NCBI RefSeq assembly: GCF_965641715.1
Contig: NZ_OZ282453.1
Length of the DNA stretch: 64,000 nt
Origin: Escherichia coli
GTDB lineage: Bacteria; Pseudomonadota; Gammaproteobacteria; Enterobacterales; Enterobacteriaceae
Strand: one strand, 5' to 3'
Below the pieces are notes generated by a model, which saw only the letters and a list, made by a program, of their open reading frames with translations, made no database searches and was not told the origin of the DNA. The translations under genes were made by a program, and so were the position numbers. This document shows, one piece after another, positions 1 through 9,752 of this stretch (position 1 is its first letter; each line of letters begins with the position of its first letter).

Positions 1-374
1 GACAAGACCATGCAGAACGCAAATTTTTTGTCGGTGGACTTGGTAACTACCAGTTTGGTTTTTACATGATTAATAACTCAAGGACAGCCAATGGCACCGA
101 TGGTCAGGCGTACATGGACAATAACGGTAACTGGCTTTGTGGCTCGCAAGTTATTCCTGGCAACTATGGCAATTTTGATTCCAGATATGTGAGAGATGTT
201 CGCCTGGGTACGCGAGTTGTTCAATTGATGGCGCGTGGTGGTCGTTATGAAAAAGCCGGACACGCAATTACCGGATTAAGAATCATTGGTGAAGTAGATG
301 GCGATGATGAAGCCATCTTCAGGCCAATACAAAAATACATCAATGGCACATGGTATAACGTCGCACAGGTGTAA
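1..374 (+). CDS. Silent alternative tail-fibre C-terminal segment, promoterless; frame is open from position 3, first Met at 66
   Basis: 102-aa track ORF ends ...RPIQKYINGTWYNVAQV, parallel to the C-terminus of the expressed tail fibre (...[17 protein letters not shown]); opposite strand to the expressed fibre and followed by its own assembly gene. Confidence 0.5.
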   Translation, partial: QDHAERKFFVGGLGNYQFGFYMINNSRTANGTDGQAYMDNNGNWLCGSQVIPGNYGNFDSRYVRDVRLGTRVVQLMARGGRYEKAGHAITGLRIIGEVDGDDEAIFRPIQKYINGTWYNVAQV

Positions 375-905
375 ATGATGCAGCATTTAAAAAATATTAA
401 GTCTGGAAATCCTAAAACGAAAGAACAATATCAGCTAACAAAGAATTTTGATGTTATCTGGTTATGGTCCGAAGACGATAAAAACTGGTATGAGGAAGTG
501 AAAAACTTTCAGCCAGACACAATAAAGATTGTTTACGATGCAAATAATATTATTGTCGCCATCACTAAAGATGCCTCCACGCTTAACCCTGAAGGTTTTA
601 GCGTCGTTGAGGTTCCTGATATTACAGCCAACCGCCGCGCTGATGATTCAGGAAAGTGGATGTTTAAGGATGGAGCTGTAGTTAAACGGATTTATACGGC
701 AGACGAACAGCAACAACAAGGCGAATCACAAAAGGCCGCATTGCTTTCCGAAGCTGAATCAGTCATCCAGCCGCTGGAACGCGCTGTCAGGCTGAATATG
801 GCAACAGACGAGGAACGCACACGACTGGAAGCATGGGAACGCTACAGTGTTCTGGTCAGCCGTGTGGATACGGCAAATCCTGAATGGCCACAAAAGCCTG
901 AATAA
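375..905 (+). CDS. Tail fibre assembly protein, alternate copy
   Basis: 176 aa; N-terminus [25 protein letters not shown] is a clear paralogue of the 177-aa assembly protein at 934-1467 on the other strand. Confidence 0.8.
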   Translation: MMQHLKNIKSGNPKTKEQYQLTKNFDVIWLWSEDDKNWYEEVKNFQPDTIKIVYDANNIIVAITKDASTLNPEGFSVVEVPDITANRRADDSGKWMFKDGAVVKRIYTADEQQQQGESQKAALLSEAESVIQPLERAVRLNMATDEERTRLEAWERYSVLVSRVDTANPEWPQKPE

Positions 906-933
906 AAATTAAGGCCCGCGATCGGGCCTTGTC

Positions 934-1467
934 TCATTCAGGTTGTTCGGGAAATGTTACTGGCAGGCTGGAGGTGTCTGTAGATTCGACTTTCTGCGCA
1001 TAGAGCATCCACTCGGTTAATTTTTGTTTATTCTCGTCGGAAATGATGCCCAGCCGTAGCTGTGAGTCCCATAGCTGGGTTTTATCCCTAACGAGCTGTA
1101 GCAGGCTTTGCTTTTCATTTTCCGCCTGCTGCCTCTGCTCTTCCTCGGTATAAGTTCGCTTTACCACTACGCCATCTTTGAACATCCATTTACCAGAAAT
1201 ATCAGCCCGGCGATTTGCTGTAATATCAGGAACCTCAACGACGCTTGCGCCTTCTGGATTAATTGCTGAAACATCCTTTTCAATACAAATAATAACGTTG
1301 TTGTGGTCATAGACCATTTTCAACGTATCAGGCTGAAAGTTCTTTTGTTCCTCATACCAGTTTTTCCCATCCTCTGTATAAAGCCATTTGATGTTAAATT
1401 GTTTCGTTAGCTGGTATTGCTCTTTTGTTTTAGGGTTGCCAGCAGTAATATTTTTTAAGTGCATCAT
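934..1467 (-). CDS. Tail fibre assembly protein (P2 gpG-like)
   Basis: 177 aa directly downstream of the tail fibre gene, same strand; Tfa-like N-terminus [20 protein letters not shown]. Confidence 0.85.
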   Translation of the reverse strand: MMHLKNITAGNPKTKEQYQLTKQFNIKWLYTEDGKNWYEEQKNFQPDTLKMVYDHNNVIICIEKDVSAINPEGASVVEVPDITANRRADISGKWMFKDGVVVKRTYTEEEQRQQAENEKQSLLQLVRDKTQLWDSQLRLGIISDENKQKLTEWMLYAQKVESTDTSSLPVTFPEQPE

Positions 1468-1469
1468 AA

Positions 1470-3698
1470 TTAAATACTCCCCGCGTTATACCACGTCCCA
1501 TTAATGCAATACTGAATTGGCCTTGCCTGAGTTGTATCAATTAATTCATCACGGTTTCCGTTAACTGAACCCGTAACGACATAACCTGACCTGTCAGACC
1601 AGCCGGGACCATTCCATGTCTGAACAGATGACAGACCGCCAAGGCGAATACCTGTAATAAACCTTGAGTTACATTCTGCCTGCGTGTATGCACCAACATC
1701 TCCCGCAGAGGGTTTGCGGGTCGTGGTGTAAAACTCTGACCAGTTAGCCTCAAATCCATAACCATCACGCGCTGAACGATAAAAAATACCGCCGTTCCTG
1801 TAATTCACGCGGAACTGTACAGCAGGGCAGCTCCCCGTATTCATATTGAAGTGGAGGATTAATGTCGATGCACCGCTGATATCTGCATCATAAACACCGC
1901 TATTCCAGTTCCAGCCAACAGCTTTATCATTTGCAACCCTGCTTCCTGTTTGCCCTAAAGCAAATGCAGGCTGCTGGTTTTTCGTGTTGTAGTCTCTTCG
2001 CCAGCCAGGAGCATAAGCATCACCATGATTAATATAAGTGAATTGAGCGTTAGAGGTGCCGCCTCCGGTGGAAGTGCTTGGTGTTGTTACACGGATGGTC
2101 ATGGCACCTTTATTACCCATAACCTCAATAACGCAACCTGCAAGATGAATAGTTCCACAGCCAGTATCGGTAATAATTTTATTATTGCCGTATGACCATG
2201 AACATTTGCACATCCAGTATGGGTGATTGAATGCCCCTTGAGAATCCAGCCATTCAATCAATTGTGCCGTTGTCCAGTTCCCTGCCCCTGTACTAATAGC
2301 ACTGTGAAAAGCGCGACATGCACCAATATTTTTTGTGAAGGTATCTTTTCCTGGAATATCTGCGCCGTTCTGGTTTTTCTGTAATGCGCCAGAAGCCTGA
2401 TTTACCGTTTCTTGTAAACCGAGGTATTCGATAACGGCAGCAACGGTCGATTTCGCAAGAATATCCCGCCCGACTTTTGTCAGGGTTGCCAGGCTGGCGA
2501 CATCATTCCCCGTAAAATACGGAAACCTGTCTGCCGCAGTAGCAAGCCCGGCCAGCGCCGTCAGGGTGGCATCTTTCGGTTGCTTACCCGCAAGCGCGTT
2601 AGTCATGGTGGTCGCAAAATTCGGGTCGTTTCCCAGCGCCGCCGCTAACTCGTTCAGCGTATTCAGTGCGTCAGGTGACGAATCTACAAGGGCGGCAATC
2701 GCAGCCATAACGAAAGCCGTGCTTGCGATTTGGGTATTATTCGTTCCCTGTCGCGCAGTTGGCGTTGTTGGCGTTCCGGTCAGCGCAGGACTGTTTAAGG
2801 GCGCTTTCTTGTTCGTTTCATCCATTACCGCCTTAACCGCTTTCGATGTCGCGGCCAGTGTTTCAGACGTGCTGTTGGTGGCACTACTGAGCTGGACTAT
2901 CCCTTTTTGTGCCGTCGTGGCGTCCTGAGCGGTATATTTTGCGTTAGCAAGGTCATACGCGGCCTTTACTGCTTTCGGCGTTGCAGCCTGCGTTTCAGAC
3001 GTGCTGTTGGTGGCGCTACTGAGCTGAACTATCCCTTTTCGCGCAGTGGTAGCGTCCTGTGCGGTGTATTTGCCATTAGCCAGGTCATATGCCGCCTTAA
3101 CAGCCTTTGGCGTTGCCGCAAGCGTTTCAGACGTGCTGTTAGTGGCGCTGCTAAGTTGAACAAAGCCTTTTGCGGTCAGCGAGGCGTCCGGGTGACGTCG
3201 TGAGTGTTCATGCTCTTTCAGTTTGTCATCCACGTAATCCACTGTGGCCATTACCATGGTGTTATCCACGGTAAGCGCCACGGTGGCAGTGCTGGATACG
3301 GTCAGAATGGTGCGAAATGTTTGTGCACGTCCTGACCCTTCGGCAACGGTTGGCTTGTAACTTTCGGCAGTATTGCCTACTGCGATTAAATCGCCGTGCT
3401 CATCAAACACACCAATTTCCCGGATCCAGAATCCGCCCGTTTCTGGAGGAATAACCAGCTCCGCAATAATGCGGTTCTGATGTGTTGCGTCCAGGATGAC
3501 GCGATTAACAGTGTGTCGCCACACCTCATGCACCAGACGGGTCTGCTTACTGTCTGGTGTGGGCAACGTGCCGCCACCGTCGCCCACGGCCATATGAGTC
3601 AGGCGGACAGGCTTACCATCTGGCGCGGCTGCCTGAGCTAATTTTTTTGCACCCGTATCGGTGATAACGGTTTTAAATTTTCGTGTTGTGGTACTCAT
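1470..3698 (-). CDS. Tail fibre protein (P2 gpH-like)
   Basis: 742 aa; conserved fibre N-terminus, three internal 44-aa repeats ([10 protein letters not shown]...), C-terminus ...[11 protein letters not shown]; sits between gpI-like and assembly genes. Confidence 0.85.
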   Translation of the reverse strand: MSTTTRKFKTVITDTGAKKLAQAAAPDGKPVRLTHMAVGDGGGTLPTPDSKQTRLVHEVWRHTVNRVILDATHQNRIIAELVIPPETGGFWIREIGVFDEHGDLIAVGNTAESYKPTVAEGSGRAQTFRTILTVSSTATVALTVDNTMVMATVDYVDDKLKEHEHSRRHPDASLTAKGFVQLSSATNSTSETLAATPKAVKAAYDLANGKYTAQDATTARKGIVQLSSATNSTSETQAATPKAVKAAYDLANAKYTAQDATTAQKGIVQLSSATNSTSETLAATSKAVKAVMDETNKKAPLNSPALTGTPTTPTARQGTNNTQIASTAFVMAAIAALVDSSPDALNTLNELAAALGNDPNFATTMTNALAGKQPKDATLTALAGLATAADRFPYFTGNDVASLATLTKVGRDILAKSTVAAVIEYLGLQETVNQASGALQKNQNGADIPGKDTFTKNIGACRAFHSAISTGAGNWTTAQLIEWLDSQGAFNHPYWMCKCSWSYGNNKIITDTGCGTIHLAGCVIEVMGNKGAMTIRVTTPSTSTGGGTSNAQFTYINHGDAYAPGWRRDYNTKNQQPAFALGQTGSRVANDKAVGWNWNSGVYDADISGASTLILHFNMNTGSCPAVQFRVNYRNGGIFYRSARDGYGFEANWSEFYTTTRKPSAGDVGAYTQAECNSRFITGIRLGGLSSVQTWNGPGWSDRSGYVVTGSVNGNRDELIDTTQARPIQYCINGTWYNAGSI
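2830..3215 (-). repeat. Three tandem 132-bp repeats (44-aa units) inside the tail fibre gene
   Basis: Motif gtttcagacgtgctgtt(g/a)gtggc recurs at 2860, 2992 and 3124, period 132 bp; protein repeat ...[13 protein letters not shown](L/Q)AATPKAVKA... Confidence 0.8.
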
Positions 3699-3700
3699 GC

Positions 3701-4231
3701 TTAATCGTCCGGATAAATGGTAATGACTTCACCGTCGTAAGTTGCTGCCGCCGCGAAAATATCTCCCGGGATCTCCTGAATGATATTCAGCCCTGTCATG
3801 TGGCGGCTGACCGGGCGGGCATCAGCAATCAACCGCTCCATTTCCAGATACATTTCCTCCGTCACGCCACTGTCCAGCGTGCCGACTTCAACGGTAAATG
3901 TTCCCGGTTCTCCGTCGAACTCCCACCACTCAGACACGCGAATGAGGTATCCCAGCGGCTCAATGGCCCGGCGCAGTGCGCTGATGGTCCCTTTGTGTCG
4001 GTGTATCAGCCATGCATCACGAATCACCTGTCGCTTTGTCTCTTCCGGCCAGTTGCGATCCCAGCGGTCAACGGAAAATGCCCAGGCGAGATAAGGCAGC
4101 AAATGCACCGGGCAGGTGTCCGGTGACCACAGCGTGTTGAGGTCTACCGGGATGTCTGTAATGCGCGCTCCGACAGCTTCGGCGCAACGCATGAAACGGC
4201 TGGCTGATGGCGGTAACAGTGAATTACTCAT
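3701..4231 (-). CDS. Baseplate/tail protein gpI-like; start moved to internal ATG at 4231
   Basis: Track ORF 3701-4264; the sequence from MSNSLLPP... resembles P2 gpI as I recall it (LLPYLAWAFSVDRWD motif); ATG at 4231. Confidence 0.75.
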   Translation of the reverse strand: MSNSLLPPSASRFMRCAEAVGARITDIPVDLNTLWSPDTCPVHLLPYLAWAFSVDRWDRNWPEETKRQVIRDAWLIHRHKGTISALRRAIEPLGYLIRVSEWWEFDGEPGTFTVEVGTLDSGVTEEMYLEMERLIADARPVSRHMTGLNIIQEIPGDIFAAAATYDGEVITIYPDD

Positions 4232-5120
4232 TGCGCCCACCTTCGCTGATGGTGAATGACTCACAGCGCGCCGCCTGTATGTCGCTGATGGCCAGATTCT
4301 GTGTGGGTTCGATTATCTCCACGCGTTGCACACCGTGCACATGCAGTGCGGCAGCAATGGCGGACAACGCCACGTCCTGACCGATAAGCCCCTGCTCAGC
4401 CAGCCACTTCCTGAACGACGATTCAGCCGCCGCCAGAATAGGTTCGGATTCCGGGCCGGGGTAAAAGTACAGTTTTGCATTCAGCCGCCATGTCACGATT
4501 CTGGCACTCTGTACGGTCAGGCGGTCGGCCACCGGGCGGGTATCCTCTGCATTCAGAACGGCGCGAACGGTATTAAGCAACGCCTCCGTTGCTGTGCCGT
4601 CGCCCTCAGTGGACAGGATGGAAACCGTCACGTTGGCCGGAGACGGGCTGATGGCCCGCGCATCGCGCACCAGACCGCTGGCGCTGCGTGCAAAATACTC
4701 GTATGCGCCTGACGGGCCAGCAACACTCAGACCATCATACGCCCGTTGCGCCCGCAGTCTCAGCGAGGTGTCGCTCTCCATCACCGCGTCGGTGGTATCC
4801 GTTGCCGGAGTGATAACCAGGCGCTTTGTGTTCATATTGCCCGCGAGGTTGTCCAGGTCTGTTCCGGTGCTGTGGCTCAACATGCAGGCGCGTGCGCCCT
4901 CGTTAACCCGCTGGCGTAACAGCATTTCACGAAACGACATGGTTTGAGCGATAACGTTCAGGGGTTCCGATTCCAGCTCCAGCGCGGCGGAGACGGCTTC
5001 ACGCTGTTCGGCGGGATAAGCCGCAATCATCATGGCCTTTGTGTCAGCCAGAATTGCTTCAAAGTCAGGCTCCGCGATGATGGCGGGTTCCGGTAACTGG
5101 GAAAGGTCAACGGCAGGCAT
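4224..5120 (-). CDS. Baseplate assembly protein gpJ-like
   Basis: 298 aa; position between W and I and size match P2 gpJ. Confidence 0.8.
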   Translation of the reverse strand: MPAVDLSQLPEPAIIAEPDFEAILADTKAMMIAAYPAEQREAVSAALELESEPLNVIAQTMSFREMLLRQRVNEGARACMLSHSTGTDLDNLAGNMNTKRLVITPATDTTDAVMESDTSLRLRAQRAYDGLSVAGPSGAYEYFARSASGLVRDARAISPSPANVTVSILSTEGDGTATEALLNTVRAVLNAEDTRPVADRLTVQSARIVTWRLNAKLYFYPGPESEPILAAAESSFRKWLAEQGLIGQDVALSAIAAALHVHGVQRVEIIEPTQNLAISDIQAARCESFTISEGGRNE

Positions 5121-5123
5121 GAT

Positions 5124-5474
5124 TTACTCCCTCAGCGTGATGGTTAATTCAACATTCTGCATGGTCTGCATGACAGTACCCGACAGCGTCACCCCGGCGC
5201 GGCCTCCTGCTTTCCAGACAACGTCGATGGCATCCAGGGCAATGCGGGGTTCCCATCGCGTCAGTGCAATCACGGCAGCACTCATGCATTGCAGACGCGT
5301 GGTGTTATTCATGGGTTCGTCAATTAAATCAGGCACAAGGCTGCCATATTCCCGTCGCATAACCCGGCTTGCCAGCGGGGTGATCAGGATGTCCCTGACT
5401 GACTGTTTCAGGTGCTCCATATCGTTCAGGTTTCCCGTCCCGTCCGGGTTCATTCCTGTGTAGCGGGTTGTCAC
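5124..5474 (-). CDS. Baseplate protein gpW-like (GPW/gp25 family)
   Basis: 116 aa; size and position between V and J. Confidence 0.8.
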   Translation of the reverse strand: MTTRYTGMNPDGTGNLNDMEHLKQSVRDILITPLASRVMRREYGSLVPDLIDEPMNNTTRLQCMSAAVIALTRWEPRIALDAIDVVWKAGGRAGVTLSGTVMQTMQNVELTITLRE

Positions 5475-6052
5475 TGCGGGCCTCCTGTCGAATCGCTGCC
5501 ACCTTTAACGCCACCGTGTTTATGCGTATGCACTGTGATGCCGTTTGAGGTGAAATCGCCGCCGCTGTGCGTGATATTGCCGCTCATCTTTCCCCCTTTT
5601 GTGACGTCAAGCGTCGCTGTTCTCAGAAGGTCTGTGCATTCCACGACAGGCGTGTCCAGTGTCACACTGACGGATGCCTGCAGGGTGGCCGTTTTCATGC
5701 CGCTGGCGCTCAGTGCGCCTGCGTCTGCGTCGTAGCGGAACACCGCGCCATCCGGCGCGCTGACCACGATTTCTTTCAGGCTTTTGCCTGGGGCCGGAAT
5801 GGCATCACTCCACAGGCTGCCAATTATCATGGCGGTTTCCGGGTTGCCGCCAATGCAGGCAATGACCACCTGTTCGCCTGGTGATGGCGGCAGCCACACA
5901 TTGAAGGCTCCCGCGCGCGTGGTGTTCCAGCGCAACCAGCCTGTTTCCAGTTCGCCGCTGCGAACGCGCACGCGCCAGGACTTCTCATCAACTTCAGAGA
6001 TGATCCCGGTGCGGATGATATTGCTCAGTAGCCGCATGAGTTCTGCGCTCAC
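5471..6052 (-). CDS. Baseplate spike protein gpV-like
   Basis: 193 aa; position upstream of W; gpV-like N-terminal fold pattern. Confidence 0.75.
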   Translation of the reverse strand: MSAELMRLLSNIIRTGIISEVDEKSWRVRVRSGELETGWLRWNTTRAGAFNVWLPPSPGEQVVIACIGGNPETAMIIGSLWSDAIPAPGKSLKEIVVSAPDGAVFRYDADAGALSASGMKTATLQASVSVTLDTPVVECTDLLRTATLDVTKGGKMSGNITHSGGDFTSNGITVHTHKHGGVKGGSDSTGGPQ

Positions 6053-6693
6053 CGTACAGCCTCCGCAATCCGGCCCAGCACCGTGTTATAAATCAGGCGC
6101 TCATCTGCCTGGCTGATACCCAGCAGCTCACGTACCGGGTAATCGGTGAAAATGCCCGGCGCAACCTGATCGCGCTCACCGAACTGATGAACGCGTGCAA
6201 TACGTGCGGCCACGCCGCTGTAACCCACCGTCACACCGGAAGCATCTGCACGGGCTTTCAGGTAGCGGGCGGTGCGCAGTTTTACGAACATGGGGACGCG
6301 CCTGGTGCTGTCCTGGTTGATGCGCCGGGTGCGTATTTCCAGAAAGCGGTCGATGTCATCCCGGTAAAACGTGCGGATGCTGTTTTTATCCTCATCCCAC
6401 CCGGTGATGGTTCGCCCGTATTTCCCCGTGTCGTGATGCCAGTTTTTCAGCGTGCGTGCTTCGTTATTCCAGATAAAGCGAATGCGCTCCTGTATCCGGG
6501 TTACGCGGCGTCTGCGTGGTGTCCATGCGGTCCCGTCCGGCGCTTTCTGTGACCGGATGCGCGCCTGCTGGGCGCGGCGTAAATCCTGTGCCAGCTTTCT
6601 GGCGATGTTATTGATGGCCTGCTGATTCAGGCTGTCGCGGATGGCCTCAAAGGTTTCATCCACGCGGGTGAATGCCTTATCCATCGCTTTCAC
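6049..6693 (-). CDS. Phage virion morphogenesis / tail completion protein (gpS-like); start uncertain
   Basis: 214-aa track ORF in the R-S position; overlaps the R-like ORF by 17 nt, so the true start may be internal. Confidence 0.55.
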   Translation of the reverse strand: MKAMDKAFTRVDETFEAIRDSLNQQAINNIARKLAQDLRRAQQARIRSQKAPDGTAWTPRRRRVTRIQERIRFIWNNEARTLKNWHHDTGKYGRTITGWDEDKNSIRTFYRDDIDRFLEIRTRRINQDSTRRVPMFVKLRTARYLKARADASGVTVGYSGVAARIARVHQFGERDQVAPGIFTDYPVRELLGISQADERLIYNTVLGRIAEAVR

Positions 6694-7144
6694 CCCACGT
6701 CACATCCTGGAATACATGCGACCAGTCGCCTTCGGAGGAGGGCAGGCGGGGTTTTGGCTCCGGCAGGTGTTCTGCCTGCGGTGTCCCCTGACTGTTGCGC
6801 GTGATGCGAACGCGTTCCCGCAGGGGGAGCGTAAACAGGAGATCGGCGCTGTCATCGTCATTGATAACGGCGGAAAATTTGATGTCCTGATTACACTCCG
6901 GATTAAGCAACAACTGTGGCTGATTTTCGGATAACCACGCCAGCAGCGGCAGCGTGAGGTCGTCCAGCTCTCCGGCGTAATCCATGACAAACATCACCAT
7001 CTGATAGCGGTAAACAAACGAGGGCGTTTCTCCGGTCGTTTCAATGTTGCCGCTCTCCACGAAAATGGTGAATTTTTCCGGGTTGGCCTGACACCATCGG
7101 CATGAACGGGTCATGGCTTCACGCAGGGAATCAGTTTTCAGCAT
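6677..7144 (-). CDS. Tail completion protein gpR-like
   Basis: 155 aa; MLKTDSLR... and LAWLSENQP motifs resemble P2 gpR as I recall it; no TM segment, so not a spanin. Confidence 0.6.
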   Translation of the reverse strand: MLKTDSLREAMTRSCRWCQANPEKFTIFVESGNIETTGETPSFVYRYQMVMFVMDYAGELDDLTLPLLAWLSENQPQLLLNPECNQDIKFSAVINDDDSADLLFTLPLRERVRITRNSQGTPQAEHLPEPKPRLPSSEGDWSHVFQDVTWGESDG

Positions 7145-7184
7145 GGTTGTTGTCCTCGTTATTCACTTGTTGCAGTTCATGAGG

Positions 7185-7730
7185 TTACAGGGCTACACGT
7201 TCTTTCATCCAGCCATAGACAAACGACTCGTTAGCCTCGCGTTTCTCTGCCAGCTCCAGATAGCGTTCGCCCTGCGTACAGTTCATTGCAGACAACATCA
7301 CCATCTCGCCGTCCCGACCGCGTTTTTCCAGATATGCACGCAATGCGTTAATCGTGCGTGGGCCAGTGCGTCCGTCCGTGTCCATATCGGGATACAGTTT
7401 CCCGCCCTGATTGAATACGTTCAGCCAGCGCTGAAGCATTCTGGTTGCCACAGACGGCCCCATATTTACTCCGGTGTCACACAGTTCTGCGGCAATATCC
7501 GGGGACAGCTTCGCTATCTGATCAAAACGCGGTCCGTACCAGTAATCAGCTTCAAGGATTTCCAGTGCCTGTCCGCGAGTTAAATCACGCATATCGCCAC
7601 GGTATCCGTGCGCCCGTGCCACCTTTTCAGTGATGCCCCATTTTGTCGGACCGCCTCTGTCATCCGGGTGATTGACGTAGCCGCCTTCTTTGCCAAGAAC
7701 GACATCAAAAATTTCGTCTTTCGATTTCAT
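7185..7730 (-). CDS. Endolysin, glycoside hydrolase family 108 with peptidoglycan-binding domain
   Basis: 181 aa; motif GGYVNHPDDRGGPTKWGIT typical of GH108 muramidases; located after the holin. Confidence 0.8.
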   Translation of the reverse strand: MKSKDEIFDVVLGKEGGYVNHPDDRGGPTKWGITEKVARAHGYRGDMRDLTRGQALEILEADYWYGPRFDQIAKLSPDIAAELCDTGVNMGPSVATRMLQRWLNVFNQGGKLYPDMDTDGRTGPRTINALRAYLEKRGRDGEMVMLSAMNCTQGERYLELAEKREANESFVYGWMKERVAL

Positions 7731-7784
7731 TTCGTCACCTCTGTGAATGATTTTTATGGTGATTACCGGCTTTAAGCCTGCGAC

Positions 7785-8108
7785 TTATTCATCTCCCTTT
7801 TGGGTTATGCGGTTAAAGGCGGCAATGATCTTGTCGCGTGCTTTTTCTGCGCCCATAAAACCGATAGATGCGCCGAAAAACGTCACGGCATCTTCAGGAA
7901 CTCCGAAGAAGCGCAACGACCCGGCCACGGCCATGGCAAGAACGCCGCACGCCAGCGATCCCGTTACGGTCTGAACCAGCGTTCGTCCGTCATAAAGACT
8001 CATCAGCGCGGAAATGCTGACTGCCGCGCCTGCTGCATACACCGTTGGCAGGTGGTCAAAGAGCCACGCAATAACCTGCTCTGTGATCCCTGTTTGAATA
8101 GTGCTCAC
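7785..8108 (-). CDS. Holin (class I-like); start proposed at GTG 8108 after GGGGGAG
   Basis: Track ORF 7785-8327 overlaps gene X in another frame; internal GTG at 8108 with upstream Shine-Dalgarno gives a 107-aa product with about three hydrophobic segments. Confidence 0.5.
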   Translation of the reverse strand: MSTIQTGITEQVIAWLFDHLPTVYAAGAAVSISALMSLYDGRTLVQTVTGSLACGVLAMAVAGSLRFFGVPEDAVTFFGASIGFMGAEKARDKIIAAFNRITQKGDE

Positions 8109-8110
8109 TA

Positions 8111-8317
8111 CTACTCCCCCCACAACTGAATCATTTCTCGTTTCTTCTTCTCCGGCTCCGGCATCTCCACGTCCTGCCCGGGGTCCAGAAATACCTGCTG
8201 ACAGAGTCCGGGGTTGGCATCCAGCACCTTTTCGGTGACGCCCTGCGTCGTGCCGTAGTACCGGAAACAGAGCGAATCCACGGTGTCGCCTTCCAGTGCC
8301 TTCACTTTCATCAGCAC
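8111..8317 (-). CDS. Tail protein X-like
   Basis: 68 aa; ...LEGDTVDSLCFRYYG... pattern resembles P2 gpX as I recall it; position between L and holin. Confidence 0.7.
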   Translation of the reverse strand: MLMKVKALEGDTVDSLCFRYYGTTQGVTEKVLDANPGLCQQVFLDPGQDVEMPEPEKKKREMIQLWGE

Positions 8318-8805
8318 AACTCCGCAAAGATTCGCGGTCGTCCCAGAATGTCAGAGATGGCCCAGCTCACATCGCGCCACAAATCCGATGTCTGTATATC
8401 CAGTGCGTCCGCCCGGCGGTCGCCCTTATCCGTTGTGTCCGCATCGCGGTAACGCTCCAGAATCAGGGCGCGTGTGGCGGTATAAACGGCATTGCGCCAG
8501 TGCCAGAGATTGACGCTTTCTCCGTTAATTACGGGTGCCGGAACATCGGCCAGCGTCTGGTGGCCAGCCGCCTGCTGTTCCTGCTGCCACGCTTCCAGCT
8601 CGCGGGTAACGTGTGCCACGGCCCCGGTGGCGGTATGCAGCAGGCGGGAGGTGGTCACACGGCCCGGCAGTCGTATCGCCAGACGCAGCTCACGCAGCAC
8701 AATATCCGGCCAGAATGCGCCCGCTGAAATACGGGTATCACCATCATCGGTATCGGTGATGTCGTCCTCTGCGGGGCCGGGGTTGGTTCTGGCAACCATA
8801 CTCAT
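8311..8805 (-). CDS. Head completion protein gpL-like; start moved to ATG 8805
   Basis: Track ORF 8311-8814 starts at GTG; the ATG at 8805 is preceded by AGGAG; position after M. Confidence 0.7.
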   Translation of the reverse strand: MSMVARTNPGPAEDDITDTDDGDTRISAGAFWPDIVLRELRLAIRLPGRVTTSRLLHTATGAVAHVTRELEAWQQEQQAAGHQTLADVPAPVINGESVNLWHWRNAVYTATRALILERYRDADTTDKGDRRADALDIQTSDLWRDVSWAISDILGRPRIFAELC

Positions 8806-8906
8806 GGGGTTCACTCCTGAAAAAATCGGGCGGTGGGTGCGCGGTGTAAACGGTCACGGAGTCAAACCGGAACACCGTGCACGCCGCCCGCTGACGGGGT
8901 CAGTCG

Positions 8907-9707
8907 TTAAACGCGCTTCGCCTTCTGCGTCGCGGTGGTTTTTCGTGTTGCAGGCTTCCGCGTTGTCTTTTTACTTTTGCTGCTTTCGTCCTGCGCCTGC
9001 TGTGCGCTGGCGTCATCTGGGGCGGCTGCGGAATCGGCTTTTTTCAGGGCGCGGGAAAGGGTTGCAATCTCGCGTTTCACACCTGCGTTCGGGTTCAGGT
9101 GCATCGCTTCGCGCAGCAGCTTCAGTGACAGGGCCATGCTGTCCGCATCGCTCAGGCCACGGCGGGCAAAGGCGCACGCCTTGCATAATTTGGCGCGTAC
9201 TTCGTCCGGCATATCCTGGTCGGTGACAATCTCCCGGAGGGTGTCCAGTGGTTCGATAAAGGCGGACAAATCCGCGTCGGCATCCGTCCCGGCCTGCGTC
9301 AGTACCGGGTTGCAGATTTCTTCGGTCAGCACTGTGGCAGCAGTACGGCCAAAGTTATCCGGCATGATGAGGTTGTGACGGACCACATACGCACCAATAC
9401 GCAATGCCAGCGGAAGATCGCCACAGTCAATCGCCCACACCATCAGCGTGGCAATCACCTCATCCTGCTGCCCGCCGTCAGCCTCCAGCGTTCCTTCAAT
9501 CCAGCCAGAAAAGTCCGGTAACAACTCTTTTTTGATGGCGGCTTTGGCGCTTCTGGCCTGTACGCCCTTAAGTCGGGCCTGTGCCAGACGCAGACGATAC
9601 AGCACCTCTTCATGCGCGGTACGTGCGGCGTGATCCACGCCTTCATTCGCCCGGCCTGCGCGCTGCGCCATCACGTTCTGCCAGTGTTGCTGTGCAGGGG
9701 TAATCAT
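8907..9707 (-). CDS. Terminase small/endonuclease subunit gpM-like
   Basis: 266 aa; position between N and L as in P2. Confidence 0.75.
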   Translation of the reverse strand: MITPAQQHWQNVMAQRAGRANEGVDHAARTAHEEVLYRLRLAQARLKGVQARSAKAAIKKELLPDFSGWIEGTLEADGGQQDEVIATLMVWAIDCGDLPLALRIGAYVVRHNLIMPDNFGRTAATVLTEEICNPVLTQAGTDADADLSAFIEPLDTLREIVTDQDMPDEVRAKLCKACAFARRGLSDADSMALSLKLLREAMHLNPNAGVKREIATLSRALKKADSAAAPDDASAQQAQDESSKSKKTTRKPATRKTTATQKAKRV

Positions 9708-9752
9708 TCTTTCTCTCCGTTACAGGCGGGCATGATGCCCGCCGTGAGTTGA

